Source of the DNA: Endomicrobiales bacterium
GTDB taxonomy: Bacteria; Elusimicrobiota; Endomicrobiia; Endomicrobiales; CAWCFT01
Assembly (NCBI GenBank): GCA_963794945.1
Contig: CAWCFT010000004.1
Coordinates: forward strand, 160,001-224,000
DNA: 64,000 bases
Direction of reading: 5' to 3'
Shown here: positions 38,672 to 48,206 of the stretch, one piece after another
How the letters are laid out: each line of letters begins with the position of its first letter
Position numbering within the stretch: the first letter of the stretch is position 1
Made by a program: the position numbers and the translations under genes
Notes under the pieces: model-generated
What the model saw: the letters and a program-made list of their open reading frames with translations, nothing else
Told to the model about the DNA's origin: nothing
Database searches by the model: none

Positions 38672-39446
38672 TTATCTGAGGTAATAAACTGCCAATACGG
38701 CTGCGCCCATAGCCAGCCTGTACCAAACGAAGATATAGAGCGTGTGCTGCTGAAGGTAGCGTAGAAGGTACTTTATCGCGAGAAAGCCGACTATGGCCGA
38801 CAGGAGTATCCCGACCGCGAACGGCTGTACGTTCTGATTTAGGAAGTCCGTGGTGGACTATGTGCATGAGCTTAAGAAGCCCCGCCCCGGCCGTTATCGG
38901 CGTCGCGAGCAGAAAAGAGAACTTCGCCGCCGACTCCCGCTTGAACCCGGAAGCCACGCCCGCCGTCATGGTTATGCCGGAACGCGACACCCCCGGCATA
39001 AGCGCCAGCACCTGCGCGCATCCTATAAAGAGCGATTTGCCCCAGGTCATCGAGTCCATATCCTCGAGCTTCTTTCCGAACTTTTCCGCCAGGCCCATGA
39101 CCGCGCCCATGACCATCATGAACACTCCTATGATTAGCGGCGCGTGGAACACCGTGTCAAAATATTTTTCATACTTGTAGCCGAACACCGCGCCGGGTAT
39201 GCTCGCTATCACTATGAACCAGAGCATCGGTTTGTTCCACTCGGTGAGTATCTTCACCCAGTCGCGCCAGAAGAACGCCAGAAGCGCGGCAAGCGTCCCC
39301 ATATGGAGCGCCACATCGAACGTCGCGCCGGGGTCTTCCCAGCCGGCGAACCACGGTATGATTATAAGGTGGGCTGAACTGCTTACCGGCAGGAACTCGG
39401 AGAGCCCCTGAACTATCCCCAACACCGCCGCATGAAATATTCCCAT
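38672..39446 (-). CDS. uppP: undecaprenyl-diphosphate phosphatase, frameshift near 38820
   Basis: GIVQGLSEFLPVSSSAHL, PGVSRSG, FSFLLATP; FVWYR in the shifted frame. Confidence 0.93.
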
Positions 39447-39524
39447 GTTAAACTCCTTAGATGAACTTCCGCACAGCAAGCAGCGCGGTATCAAATATTA
39501 AAATCTTATCTCAACTCGTACGTT

Positions 39525-39667
39525 CCTCTCCCTTCACGGGAGAGGATTGAGGTGAGGGTGCGCCTTGATAGATCCTGTCTACTTAGCCCCCTCATCCTAA
39601 CCTTCTTCCTTTTCGGGGCCTGCTTTTTGCCCCTCAAGGCCCAAAATCTTGCCCACCAGGGGAGAAG
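39525..39667. repeat. CCTCTCCC..GGGAGAGG hairpin element
   Basis: CCTCTCCCTTCACGGGAGAGGATTGAGGTGAGGG..CCCCTCATCCTAACCTTC..GGAGAAG. Confidence 0.65.
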
Positions 39668-39792
39668 ATAAATTCGGTAACCCCGCCGTCCCGGGGGAAT
39701 ACTCAAGTTTAGTATGAGTAAAATACACAAAGCATAATACTATATATTTTGCCGTGAGACAATATGTCACAGCGCGCGGAACAACGGTTATT

Positions 39793-39884
39793 TGTCATTT
39801 CGATCCCGCCGCGTCGGGAGAGAAATCTTTCCTTACGAAGATCTCTCGCGGAGTCTATCCGCCTTCGGCGGGCTCGAGATGACA
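39793..39884. repeat. GTCATTTCGA..TCGAGATGAC palindromic element
   Basis: Nearly identical to 37736-37835. Confidence 0.85.
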
Positions 39885-39900
39885 GGCGCACGGACCGGCA

Positions 39901-40509
39901 CTATATTAGATACCCTTTCAACAGATAGAACAGCATCTTTTGGTATTCCATATCGACGGCCCAGAAGCCTGGTTTGACCTTCCACCAGGCGTTTGGCCTG
40001 TACCAGCTTTTCTGCACCGGGTATATCATTATCTTTATACCCGAGCCCCTGTAGACCTTGTTGAAAATAAAGTGCGCGCGCTTCAAGTGGTATGGCTCGC
40101 TGACCACGATGAGCGACCTGAAATGTTTTTCGATACATATAGTTTTCGACAGAGTGGCGTCGCTGCGCGTGCTGTCCGAGTTATATATAGGTATCATCTT
40201 GTCTTTGTCGAGCCCCTTGGAAACTGCGAGCTTCGAGGCCTCGTCCGCCCAGTGTGTGGGCGCTCCGTAGACCGGCATGTGGTACTCGCCCGTGAACATC
40301 ATCCAGCTCGCGTACTTGTTTTTTGCGAGCTCGATCCCCTGCGTGACCCGCTCCCTTTCGCCGCCCCCAAGCACCAGTATCGCGTCCGCCGGCTCTATCT
40401 TGTCCTGGTACACAAGGAACGCCCCGGCCTGCGTCATCCAGAAATGGCGGAACAACATAAACTGGAGAACTATCAAAAGAAATACAGCTAATAATTTGTG
40501 CCGTTTCAT
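39901..40509 (-). CDS. YdcF/DUF218 (ElyC/SanA-like) family protein
   Basis: ADAILVLGGG, RVTQG, IVVSEPYHLKRA. Confidence 0.88.
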   Translation of the reverse strand: MKRHKLLAVFLLIVLQFMLFRHFWMTQAGAFLVYQDKIEPADAILVLGGGERERVTQGIELAKNKYASWMMFTGEYHMPVYGAPTHWADEASKLAVSKGLDKDKMIPIYNSDSTRSDATLSKTICIEKHFRSLIVVSEPYHLKRAHFIFNKVYRGSGIKIMIYPVQKSWYRPNAWWKVKPGFWAVDMEYQKMLFYLLKGYLI

Positions 40510-40580
40510 ATTTGCCCCCATGAATGTTCAAAATTGAGCCTGATTGCCGCGCACGCCTTTGGCGGGCTCGCAAAGACATT

Positions 40581-41246
40581 TCAAACCCGCGCTTTAACTC
40601 CGGATATCGTCAACCCCATCATATCATTTTTTACTTCGCAGCCGGAAAGTTTTGTGGCGCTCAATATCTTGCTTATCTCGCCGGAGGTGTACGCGGCGCC
40701 CAGTGATGACATAAACCCTTGCCGCATATCCCGCGGACAGAGCGCCAGCATAAGCCACTTCGCGGGCAGGCTGATGTCCCTGCGCAGGTCGCTTACAAAA
40801 TACCTTCCGCCGGTTTTAAGCACGCGGTATATCTCATCGAATATGTTCTCAGGTTTTTCCCACTCGTGCAGAGAGCCCGTAGCGAAAACCACGTCGAACG
40901 AGCCGTCCGGAAAAGGCAAACCGTCCACCGCGTTGTAAATGACATATTTCGCCCTGTCGGATAAACCGTACTCCGCCGCGTTCTTCCCCGCCACAACTAT
41001 CATGGCCGGGCTTATTTCCACGCCTATCAAACTGCTGCTTTTCGTTTTTTTCAGCCACTCAAGGCCGACGTACCCCGGCCCGGGGCCTATCTCAAGAGCG
41101 GCGCCGTAAATTATCCCCGACTTTATTATCGCGTCCGTTTCGATGAGGCGCCTGTCCCTCATTTTTCTTTGGAACTTGTCGTAGGCTTCTACGTCAGGCG
41201 CACGCTGGATGCCGTCCCTGGTTTCCGCGACTCTAGGCCTGGTCAT
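40581..41246 (-). CDS. class I SAM-dependent methyltransferase
   Basis: LEIGPGPG, LPFPDGSFD, SLHEW, RVLKTGG. Confidence 0.9.
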   Translation of the reverse strand: MTRPRVAETRDGIQRAPDVEAYDKFQRKMRDRRLIETDAIIKSGIIYGAALEIGPGPGYVGLEWLKKTKSSSLIGVEISPAMIVVAGKNAAEYGLSDRAKYVIYNAVDGLPFPDGSFDVVFATGSLHEWEKPENIFDEIYRVLKTGGRYFVSDLRRDISLPAKWLMLALCPRDMRQGFMSSLGAAYTSGEISKILSATKLSGCEVKNDMMGLTISGVKARV

Positions 41247-41929
41247 TTGATTTCCTCACTGTGAAAACCTGCGCCGTTCTCGCCGCCCTGTGACTATCGG
41301 CCCACCACGCCCAGGCAACTGTCAACGCCGTGCCAAAAAAACCGCTCAGCGCGAGCGCGCGAACGTTCGGCGGCGGTGCGTTAAAAAGGCTCAATACCCA
41401 CATGGCCGGAAGGAACACCACCAATGACCAAAAACCGTAAAAACCTGCCTTGTCTTTCGCGGCTGTAGCCCGGGTATAATAGTATATCCCAAGAACGTAA
41501 ATGACTCCTTCAAGAGTCAGGCTTGCCATGTAGTTGTTCCAAAGCCCCAGCCCAAATAAAAGTTTTGAGCCCGGCGCGAGCGCGAGGTCAGGCTTGTGCA
41601 CGATGAGGTCCAGCGCCCAGTGGCTGAAAACACACGCAGCTACGACAAGCGAACCCCTGTAATTCCGTCTTAAAGCAAAATAAACCAGCCCGAACACTGC
41701 CGCCCATATCAAAGAGAAAACGAGGCTGTGCGAATACGGAAAATCGTAAAGGTCTAAAGGGTTCACCTTAGTTATGCCCGGTACAACCCGGAAATGCTCT
41801 ATATTAAAGAACACGAGAATATTCCAGAACAACGTCCATGAACAACGCCGCGAACACCAGCGTACCCGCCGACGCCTCCGGCGCCAGCTTCTTCGCCCCG
41901 AACCCCACCGCGTAATGCCCGATGAACAT
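41233..41929 (-). CDS. membrane-bound metal-dependent hydrolase-like protein, frameshift near 41833
   Basis: MFIGHYAVGF start, PYSHSL, SHWALDLIVH, GLGLWN. Confidence 0.8.
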
Positions 41930-41948
41930 TTTGTTCCTCCGAAATATT

Positions 41949-42099
41949 CAGATTGTATCGCGACTCTCATGTTGTCATCTCGAATCCGCCATAGGCGAAT
42001 GAGAGATCTCGGTTTTGCTTTACAAAAGATTTCTCCCCGCCTCTTCGGCGGATCGAAATGACAAAGAAAGAGATTTTAATCAGTTGTGACACTGCCTGA
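41949..42099. mobile_element. MITE-like shell with GTCAT palindromic core
   Basis: CAGATTGTATCGCGACT ... AGTTGTGACACTGCCTG around TGTCATCTCGA..TCGAAATGACA. Confidence 0.55.
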
Positions 42100-42123
42100 T
42101 TCAGTAGATCAGTATTTTCATAA

Positions 42124-42329
42124 GTGTCCAAATTAACCCTTTTAGTGTCATACCCGAATTATTTTATCGGGTATCCATTTCCAAAAATGATTCTCTTATG
42201 TCGTTAGAACTTAAAGCATTAACATTGTTTTGGTTGTGGATTCCCGATAAAGAATTTCGGGAATGACCATCTTTTTAAAATTCAAATCCAGAATTTAGTA
42301 TCGACATAAAATATGTTCAATTTAGACAC
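42124..42329. mobile_element. MITE-like shell with GTCATACCCGA..TCGGGAATGAC core
   Basis: GTGTCCAAATTAAC / GTTCAATTTAGACAC termini; palindromic core 42146-42267. Confidence 0.5.
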
Positions 42330-42336
42330 ACATACG

Positions 42337-42801
42337 CTATTTTACCATTTTTTCCATAAATATCATCTTAATTCCGTAAACTTCCGCGTACGTTCCTGTT
42401 ACCTTGTACCCAAGCTTGCTGTAGAGGCAGATATTTTTTTCGTCCTTATATCCGGTAAAAAGCTCGTACTTCAAAACGTTCGGGAAATATTTTTCTATCT
42501 CACCCATCAGCCGCTTTCCAATGCCTCTGTTTTGGTATTCCGGATGGACTATAACTTTTCCAATGTGGCAGGCGCCGCCGTCTTCGTAAGCCCTCACACT
42601 GCCTATAATTTTATCGCCGTCGACAGCTTTTAGAATAACGCCGCGGACAAACTCGGCCTCCACCTCTTTCAACGTCTGAGTGAGCGGCTGCATCTTAAAA
42701 TCGTTATAGCGCCGCGCGTTCTCCTGATAGCAAAGTTTCTGCAGTTCCAGTATCTCGGCGAGGTCGACGAGCCCGGCCTTTGTTATCTCTATGTTTTCCA
42801 T
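42337..42801 (-). CDS. GNAT family N-acetyltransferase
   Basis: IVHPEYQNRGIGKRLM, LYSKLGY. Confidence 0.9.
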   Translation of the reverse strand: MENIEITKAGLVDLAEILELQKLCYQENARRYNDFKMQPLTQTLKEVEAEFVRGVILKAVDGDKIIGSVRAYEDGGACHIGKVIVHPEYQNRGIGKRLMGEIEKYFPNVLKYELFTGYKDEKNICLYSKLGYKVTGTYAEVYGIKMIFMEKMVK

Positions 42802-42843
42802 TTCCAGTATCTTCCGTCTGCCTGTGCAGTTGAGACGTTTACA

Positions 42844-42943
42844 CCCCTCTTTAGTTCAAAGAGGGGCGGGGGGAGTTCTTCGATGCTTTCTTGTGTCTCA
42901 CTTTTCTAACTCCCCTCGATCCCCTCTTTACAAATGAGGGGAA
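42844..42943. repeat. CCCCTCTTT..AAAGAGGGG double-hairpin element
   Basis: Same family as 22847 and 23299. Confidence 0.8.
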
Positions 42944-43030
42944 GATTATTTTTCTGCTTTCTGCCCTTGAGCGAATTTATTAACCATTTTGACTATATCA
43001 ACTTACGTTTCACACTTTAACTACTTCATT

Positions 43031-44050
43031 TCAATGGGCAAACAGCAAAACACAAATATAAACAACATAGAACGACCCGCAAAATATCAGCGTCACGGGC
43101 GAGACCCGTTCGCGTATCTTAAGTTCTATCAAAATTATCAAGGCGCAGGCAAGAGCTATCACCGCGGAAAAAAGCGCCATGCCGGCTATGTGCCAGTCAG
43201 TAAACAACAAACCGATCGAAACCGGGAACGTGGACTGGAACACCATCGCGCCGGTGATGTTGCCGAACGCGAGGCCGTCTTTGCCTTTCAGCGTCCACGA
43301 AACGCTGTTGAACTTTTCGGGCAGTTCGGTCGCGATGGGCGCGAGCACGAGCGCGAACAGCAAAGGGTTGAGGCCGAACCGCGTTGACACGGCCTCAAGG
43401 CCTTTTACGAACACCTGCGCGCCGTAAACCATTATCACAAGCGCCGCCGCCACCTGCGCCGCGATAAGAAAAGTGCCCGGCGAAGCGCTCTTAATAAACC
43501 GGATCTTCGCAAAAAATGTGTTCAGGTGCAAGCCCTCGGGATGCTCTATCTCAGCGCTCTCTCCGTTGACTGTCCTTTGCACATACACCGCGTAACCCGC
43601 TATAAGCAATACCGCAAGCGGTAACTGCGCCGCTTTACCGGCAATCATCGGAATGAACACAGCGGCCGAGTACATCGCTATAAAAAATGTAAGGTCCCTG
43701 GCGGCGGACCCCGCCTCAATATTTATCTCGAATTCTCTCCTCTTGCAGATAAAAGTTATAAGAGCCGTGAGCCCCACAAGGAAAAACGCGAGAGTTGAAA
43801 GCATGAACGGCGCCCCGAGTATCGCGCCCGTCCCTATGGCTTTTCCCGCCCCCTTGCCGCCGAAGATTATCGCGACTACAGGCAAAATGGTTTCCGGCAG
43901 GGCCGTCCCCACCGCCGCGAGTATGCTCCCCACGACAGCCTGCGAGAACGAGAACCTCCTCCCCGCCGCTTCAACGCCGTTCGTAAACCCCTCGGTGGCC
44001 AGAAGTATCAGCCCAAGCCCCGCGATAAGCAAAAGAATGTTAATTATCAA
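43031..44050 (-). CDS. sodium:calcium antiporter (CaCA) family protein
   Basis: Two alpha repeats GTALPE and ATELPE; GNITG; about 10 TM helices. Confidence 0.9.
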   Translation of the reverse strand: MIINILLLIAGLGLILLATEGFTNGVEAAGRRFSFSQAVVGSILAAVGTALPETILPVVAIIFGGKGAGKAIGTGAILGAPFMLSTLAFFLVGLTALITFICKRREFEINIEAGSAARDLTFFIAMYSAAVFIPMIAGKAAQLPLAVLLIAGYAVYVQRTVNGESAEIEHPEGLHLNTFFAKIRFIKSASPGTFLIAAQVAAALVIMVYGAQVFVKGLEAVSTRFGLNPLLFALVLAPIATELPEKFNSVSWTLKGKDGLAFGNITGAMVFQSTFPVSIGLLFTDWHIAGMALFSAVIALACALIILIELKIRERVSPVTLIFCGSFYVVYICVLLFAH

Positions 44051-44083
44051 AATCTTCCTTTTTATAATTTAAGTTTGATCGCT

Positions 44084-45445
44084 TCAATTACTTCCTGCAT
44101 CATCTGTATCCATGCTTTGAGATAGGCGGCTTTTGGCTTCATCAATACCCGGTTTGAGCAGCTCCTGCTGGGTTTGTGGGATGAAGGTTTCATACTGCGC
44201 CTTTATGCTTGCCATATCCGCGGGGGACATCCGCCCGCTGTTTATCAGCTCAAGCATTTTCCTTTTCTGTTCTTCAACTTCCGCTGCCGCACCATTATCA
44301 GTTCTTGGGCTTTGCTTGCCTGCCCCTGCCTCTTCGGCAGGCATTGATGGGGCAGGGCCAGCAATGACGGTCTCAGTATTGTCTTTGCGAACCGGAGGTG
44401 AAGCAATCTCGTTCTTCTTGGAGCCAGATTTGCTGGCAGGATGTAATGCCTGAAGCTCGGCCTTTAAGTCTGATATTTCTTTCAGGCAGGCAGATGTGTC
44501 TTTGCCCGCCTTTTTTAAATTACTGATATGGGCTTGAGCGGACTTTAAAAGTTTCTGAACAGTGGCTATTTTGGCCGCGGCTTCCTTCTTTTGGGCTTTG
44601 AGGTTGGGTTTGGGAGGCTTGGGCTGGTTCTGTTCTTCCCTAAACTTCTGGCGAGCGTCTAATACGGCCTTGGTTATTACATCATCCGGGGTGTCTTCTG
44701 GGAAGTAGGCTTCTATCTTTATTCCCTTGCCTGACTTGGTGCACTTGACGCCCTTCGGCCTGGCAACCTGAGCCTTGTGTGCTTCTTCAGCCGTCTTTGA
44801 TGGGTCGGCCAACATAGTGTCAACCAGCTTCCGGGTAGCGTCTCTGGTTAAATTTTTTGAAATTATAATGTTAAATGCCTTTTCCTGAAGCTCGGCATTG
44901 GGCAGGCGGGTAAGTTCCACTGCATGGGTTCTGGAAAAGTTCTGCCCGCAGAACTTTTCTATAATGGATGCGGGCAATTCTAATATATTAAGAGATTCGC
45001 TTATATAACTGGGTGCTTTCTCTGCCGCTACTGCTATTTCTTCCTGGCTCATGCCATCATCCTTAAGCTGTTTGTAATCAGCAGCCTCTTCCCAAAAATT
45101 CAGGTTCTGCTTGAGGTTGTCTATCATACAGGCTGTTTTGGCCTGCTTCTCGCTATCAAAGGTCATAACCAGGACGTCTACCATACTAAGGCCGGCCATC
45201 CCGCAGGCCCGAAGCCTACGCTCGCCGCCAATAAGCTCGTAGAGTTTGCCTTCAAACAACTCTATGCCCTCAGGCAGGGTGGCCGGAACCGGCACCTCGC
45301 GAACTTTCAGTGGTTCTTCTAGCCCATTGGCTTTAATTGACTCCGCAAGGGCTTTAATACCCGTTTCATTAAAATCCTTCCTTGTCTGATACCTGGACAC
45401 CAAAATGCTCTTCAAAGAAACCTTCTTGACAACCGGCTCAGCCAT
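44084..45445 (-). CDS. orphan ParB/Spo0J-family protein with long low-complexity C-terminus
   Basis: YQTRKDF, LAESIKANGLEEP, GGERRLRA CTPase motif, MSQEEIA HTH; no adjacent parA. Confidence 0.85.
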   Translation of the reverse strand: MAEPVVKKVSLKSILVSRYQTRKDFNETGIKALAESIKANGLEEPLKVREVPVPATLPEGIELFEGKLYELIGGERRLRACGMAGLSMVDVLVMTFDSEKQAKTACMIDNLKQNLNFWEEAADYKQLKDDGMSQEEIAVAAEKAPSYISESLNILELPASIIEKFCGQNFSRTHAVELTRLPNAELQEKAFNIIISKNLTRDATRKLVDTMLADPSKTAEEAHKAQVARPKGVKCTKSGKGIKIEAYFPEDTPDDVITKAVLDARQKFREEQNQPKPPKPNLKAQKKEAAAKIATVQKLLKSAQAHISNLKKAGKDTSACLKEISDLKAELQALHPASKSGSKKNEIASPPVRKDNTETVIAGPAPSMPAEEAGAGKQSPRTDNGAAAEVEEQKRKMLELINSGRMSPADMASIKAQYETFIPQTQQELLKPGIDEAKSRLSQSMDTDDAGSN

Positions 45446-45754
45446 AAAAAACCTCCCTCATTTTTTATTGGGCCTTTAATTTTAAGCGCCTCGGGCCCTG
45501 CGCTCTTCCTTTTGACTATGTCCCTCCCTATTTCTTCACTGACACCAAACCTTACTTATAGTTCATATTACATCATTTGTAGGTTAGTGTTAATAGTGAA
45601 ACTTTAACGGAACGCTAGCTACGAGTTCTTCCTTTTGAATCTCCAACTCCGGCATTGTCAGTTTTAAAATTATGTCAAATTAATTAGAACCGTCCCTATT
45701 TATATTTTTAAACAACTCAAGATTGATAACATTTCTTCATTTCGCCCATATTCC

Positions 45755-47281
45755 CTATATCTTTTTGCTGAGATCTTCTGTTAAATATTTCCCTTCAAGA
45801 ACAGCTGATGGGTTCCTTAACAGAGCAAGCCAAGTAAATATCGCCAGGGATGATATTTTGTTAGTAATATTTCCATCATGGATAGTTAAATATTCAGGTT
45901 TTTCTATATTATACCCATGATGAGTATTTCTTATGCCCCTTATGAAACCTGTTACATATTCTTCAAAATCTACCTGTTTTGATTTCGTTCCTTTTAAAAT
46001 AACACTTCTACCTACTAGTCTACCAGATACAAATATCCCTTCCTGGATAGTTTTATACAACTCTTTAATAGTATCATTACATCTATTTCTAAAGAAATTA
46101 TTAAACGGAGAAGGATATTTTCCACAAAGAAACGATATATTTTTAAGGCAACGCTCTTTGAAGTATTCCTTGAAAGCTTCACCATCTGATGTAATTGATG
46201 ATTTCGAATGTTTATGAATAATAGAAGACAATTGATCAATCATTGAAAACAGCATAGTACGTTTTATAAAGTGATTAAAGAATTCTGTTTCAATTAAAAG
46301 TGTTTCATGTGCTATTCTTCTTATAGTTAGATTATCAAAGTGCCATGCTAATACATCTAGATATGGTCTATTCTTTATATCTTCATAATTTGTAGGTTCT
46401 AGAAGATATTGATATAACCTATTCATTCCGCCTACATAATCATGCAAAAAGCAATCTAAATCTTTTATATCCCATTGTATTTTCTCAATTTGTTTTACGT
46501 GTTCTTTGAGCGTTTTGAATGTCTCTGAAAAAAATGTACTGTCTTTACGAATAATATCTTGAATTCGCCCAGGAAAAGGCTCAGTATATTCTGTTGGTTT
46601 ATCAAATAACAGTATGAAAGCCCCTCCAACTCTTTCAGAAGATATGCCTGTAAGATATGGAGGGAATAATCCAAAAAATGGGTTCAATGTTGTCGAACCT
46701 CCCAACTCTACCTGACAATCAAGAGAATGAAGTGTTTTAATACCTTCAAATTTATTTCTATCATTAGTCAACACTTCTGGTATCTCTCTAGAAGCGAACA
46801 GAATCCTCATCGCACTCATGTTTAGGTTTACTTCTTCATGCACCTTAAGAAAATATATTCGTCCATTCCGAAACATTTTAACGAATTCCGGATTAATCAT
46901 ATTAATTACTTTATCAATCTGATCATTTCCTGACCTAAATAGATATTGAGTGAAAAGAGCCAATTTATCTTTATATTCTTTCTTTTCTGCTACCAATGAA
47001 CCAAATCTATTTAAGTCTTTATCATTAATTATAGATGGATATGTAAATTTATATTCTCTTAGCCACTTCTTTAATGCCTCAATGCTATTTTCAATGATAT
47101 TGCTACCTTCACTTATCTGTAATAATTCAAAATATATTTCTGTTGACTTTTTCTGATAAAATTCAAGCTCATCTCCTATTTGTTTAAAATTGTATTTAGA
47201 ATGTGTGGCGAGATAATTAATAAATGTACTATAATCCCTTTTTCCAGGACAATAATCGTTCAACTTAATTTTTACGCCCAT
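45755..47281 (-). CDS. AT-rich hypothetical protein with a possible C-terminal HEPN-like motif
   Basis: 508-aa ORF in low-GC DNA; IRGIRNTHHGY near the C-terminus. Confidence 0.6.
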   Translation of the reverse strand: MGVKIKLNDYCPGKRDYSTFINYLATHSKYNFKQIGDELEFYQKKSTEIYFELLQISEGSNIIENSIEALKKWLREYKFTYPSIINDKDLNRFGSLVAEKKEYKDKLALFTQYLFRSGNDQIDKVINMINPEFVKMFRNGRIYFLKVHEEVNLNMSAMRILFASREIPEVLTNDRNKFEGIKTLHSLDCQVELGGSTTLNPFFGLFPPYLTGISSERVGGAFILLFDKPTEYTEPFPGRIQDIIRKDSTFFSETFKTLKEHVKQIEKIQWDIKDLDCFLHDYVGGMNRLYQYLLEPTNYEDIKNRPYLDVLAWHFDNLTIRRIAHETLLIETEFFNHFIKRTMLFSMIDQLSSIIHKHSKSSITSDGEAFKEYFKERCLKNISFLCGKYPSPFNNFFRNRCNDTIKELYKTIQEGIFVSGRLVGRSVILKGTKSKQVDFEEYVTGFIRGIRNTHHGYNIEKPEYLTIHDGNITNKISSLAIFTWLALLRNPSAVLEGKYLTEDLSKKI

Positions 47282-47453
47282 ATTGCCTCTTAATCGTTAT
47301 TTACTCTTTTCAATCAACATCCTTTTTCTCAATCGGCCTCTTCTATCATTTATTTCCTGCAAAAGCTCGTCGGTGGCCCCGCGCTCTTCATTTTGAATCC
47401 CCGACTCCAACTTTGAGTCAATTTACAGAACATGACTGAAAAATAAATTAAGT

Positions 47454-48140
47454 TTAAAAGATTATTGAAATCGGTGCATGCGTTGTGAAATCGTCTACCA
47501 AAAAACCGCTAATTGGGTTTAAATGTAAAACGCGATAATATTTGTCAACAATATTTTTAATAGAGTCAGCTGCGCTGTACAATTCCCTATAAATCATGGG
47601 GTTTTCGTCTATGTGTTTGTAGTGGTTTTTATCAAGATGCCCAAATCTCTTATTTCGGTACACTTTCGGCTTTTGCGTAACTTCCATCAACTTAGCTATA
47701 TCGGCTTTTATAGCCTTGATACTAATGTAATCATCTTTGCTAATATACTCTTTCCAATCAATTTCAGCAGCTTTGTTTTGATCACTTACATCGTCGGAGC
47801 TGTTAACAACCCCCGTTGCGAACCTATTCCATTCCTTACAGAATTGTCTAAGATTAAATATACTTTCTTCGGGTTTACTAGATAAATTTATTGATTTATT
47901 CAAGAAATTTACAAGCGAAACACTTTCTTTATTTTCATCAATATGGCGACAGAGCGATAATACCATAGCAACTGTCGAATTATAACTTATTACCTGAGTA
48001 AAGATATTAATAGGCCGCGGTGTTTTAACAGAACCTCTAAATCTCTTATCAAATTCAACGAGCGTTATTAAATCGAGAGTATCATACAATATTAATTTTA
48101 TTTCTTTTCGCAATGAGTCCAATCTCTCTTTATCAATCAT
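47454..48140 (-). CDS. putative HEPN-domain protein (AbiU2-like)
   Basis: LSLCRHID..VSLVNFL and YRNKRFGHLD (Rx5H); low GC. Confidence 0.65.
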   Translation of the reverse strand: MIDKERLDSLRKEIKLILYDTLDLITLVEFDKRFRGSVKTPRPINIFTQVISYNSTVAMVLSLCRHIDENKESVSLVNFLNKSINLSSKPEESIFNLRQFCKEWNRFATGVVNSSDDVSDQNKAAEIDWKEYISKDDYISIKAIKADIAKLMEVTQKPKVYRNKRFGHLDKNHYKHIDENPMIYRELYSAADSIKNIVDKYYRVLHLNPISGFLVDDFTTHAPISIIF

Positions 48141-48206
48141 TAGTTATCCTCTCTTTGCCCGCAATGAGGCCAGATCTTGCCTCTTGTTCTAGAAATACTT
48201 TCCCAA

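Noticed and set aside
45494..47408. Integron attC sites around the AT-rich genes
   Set aside because: The junction repeats lack the RYYYAAC/GTTRRRY inverted core and there is no integrase. They are kept only as unexplained direct repeats.
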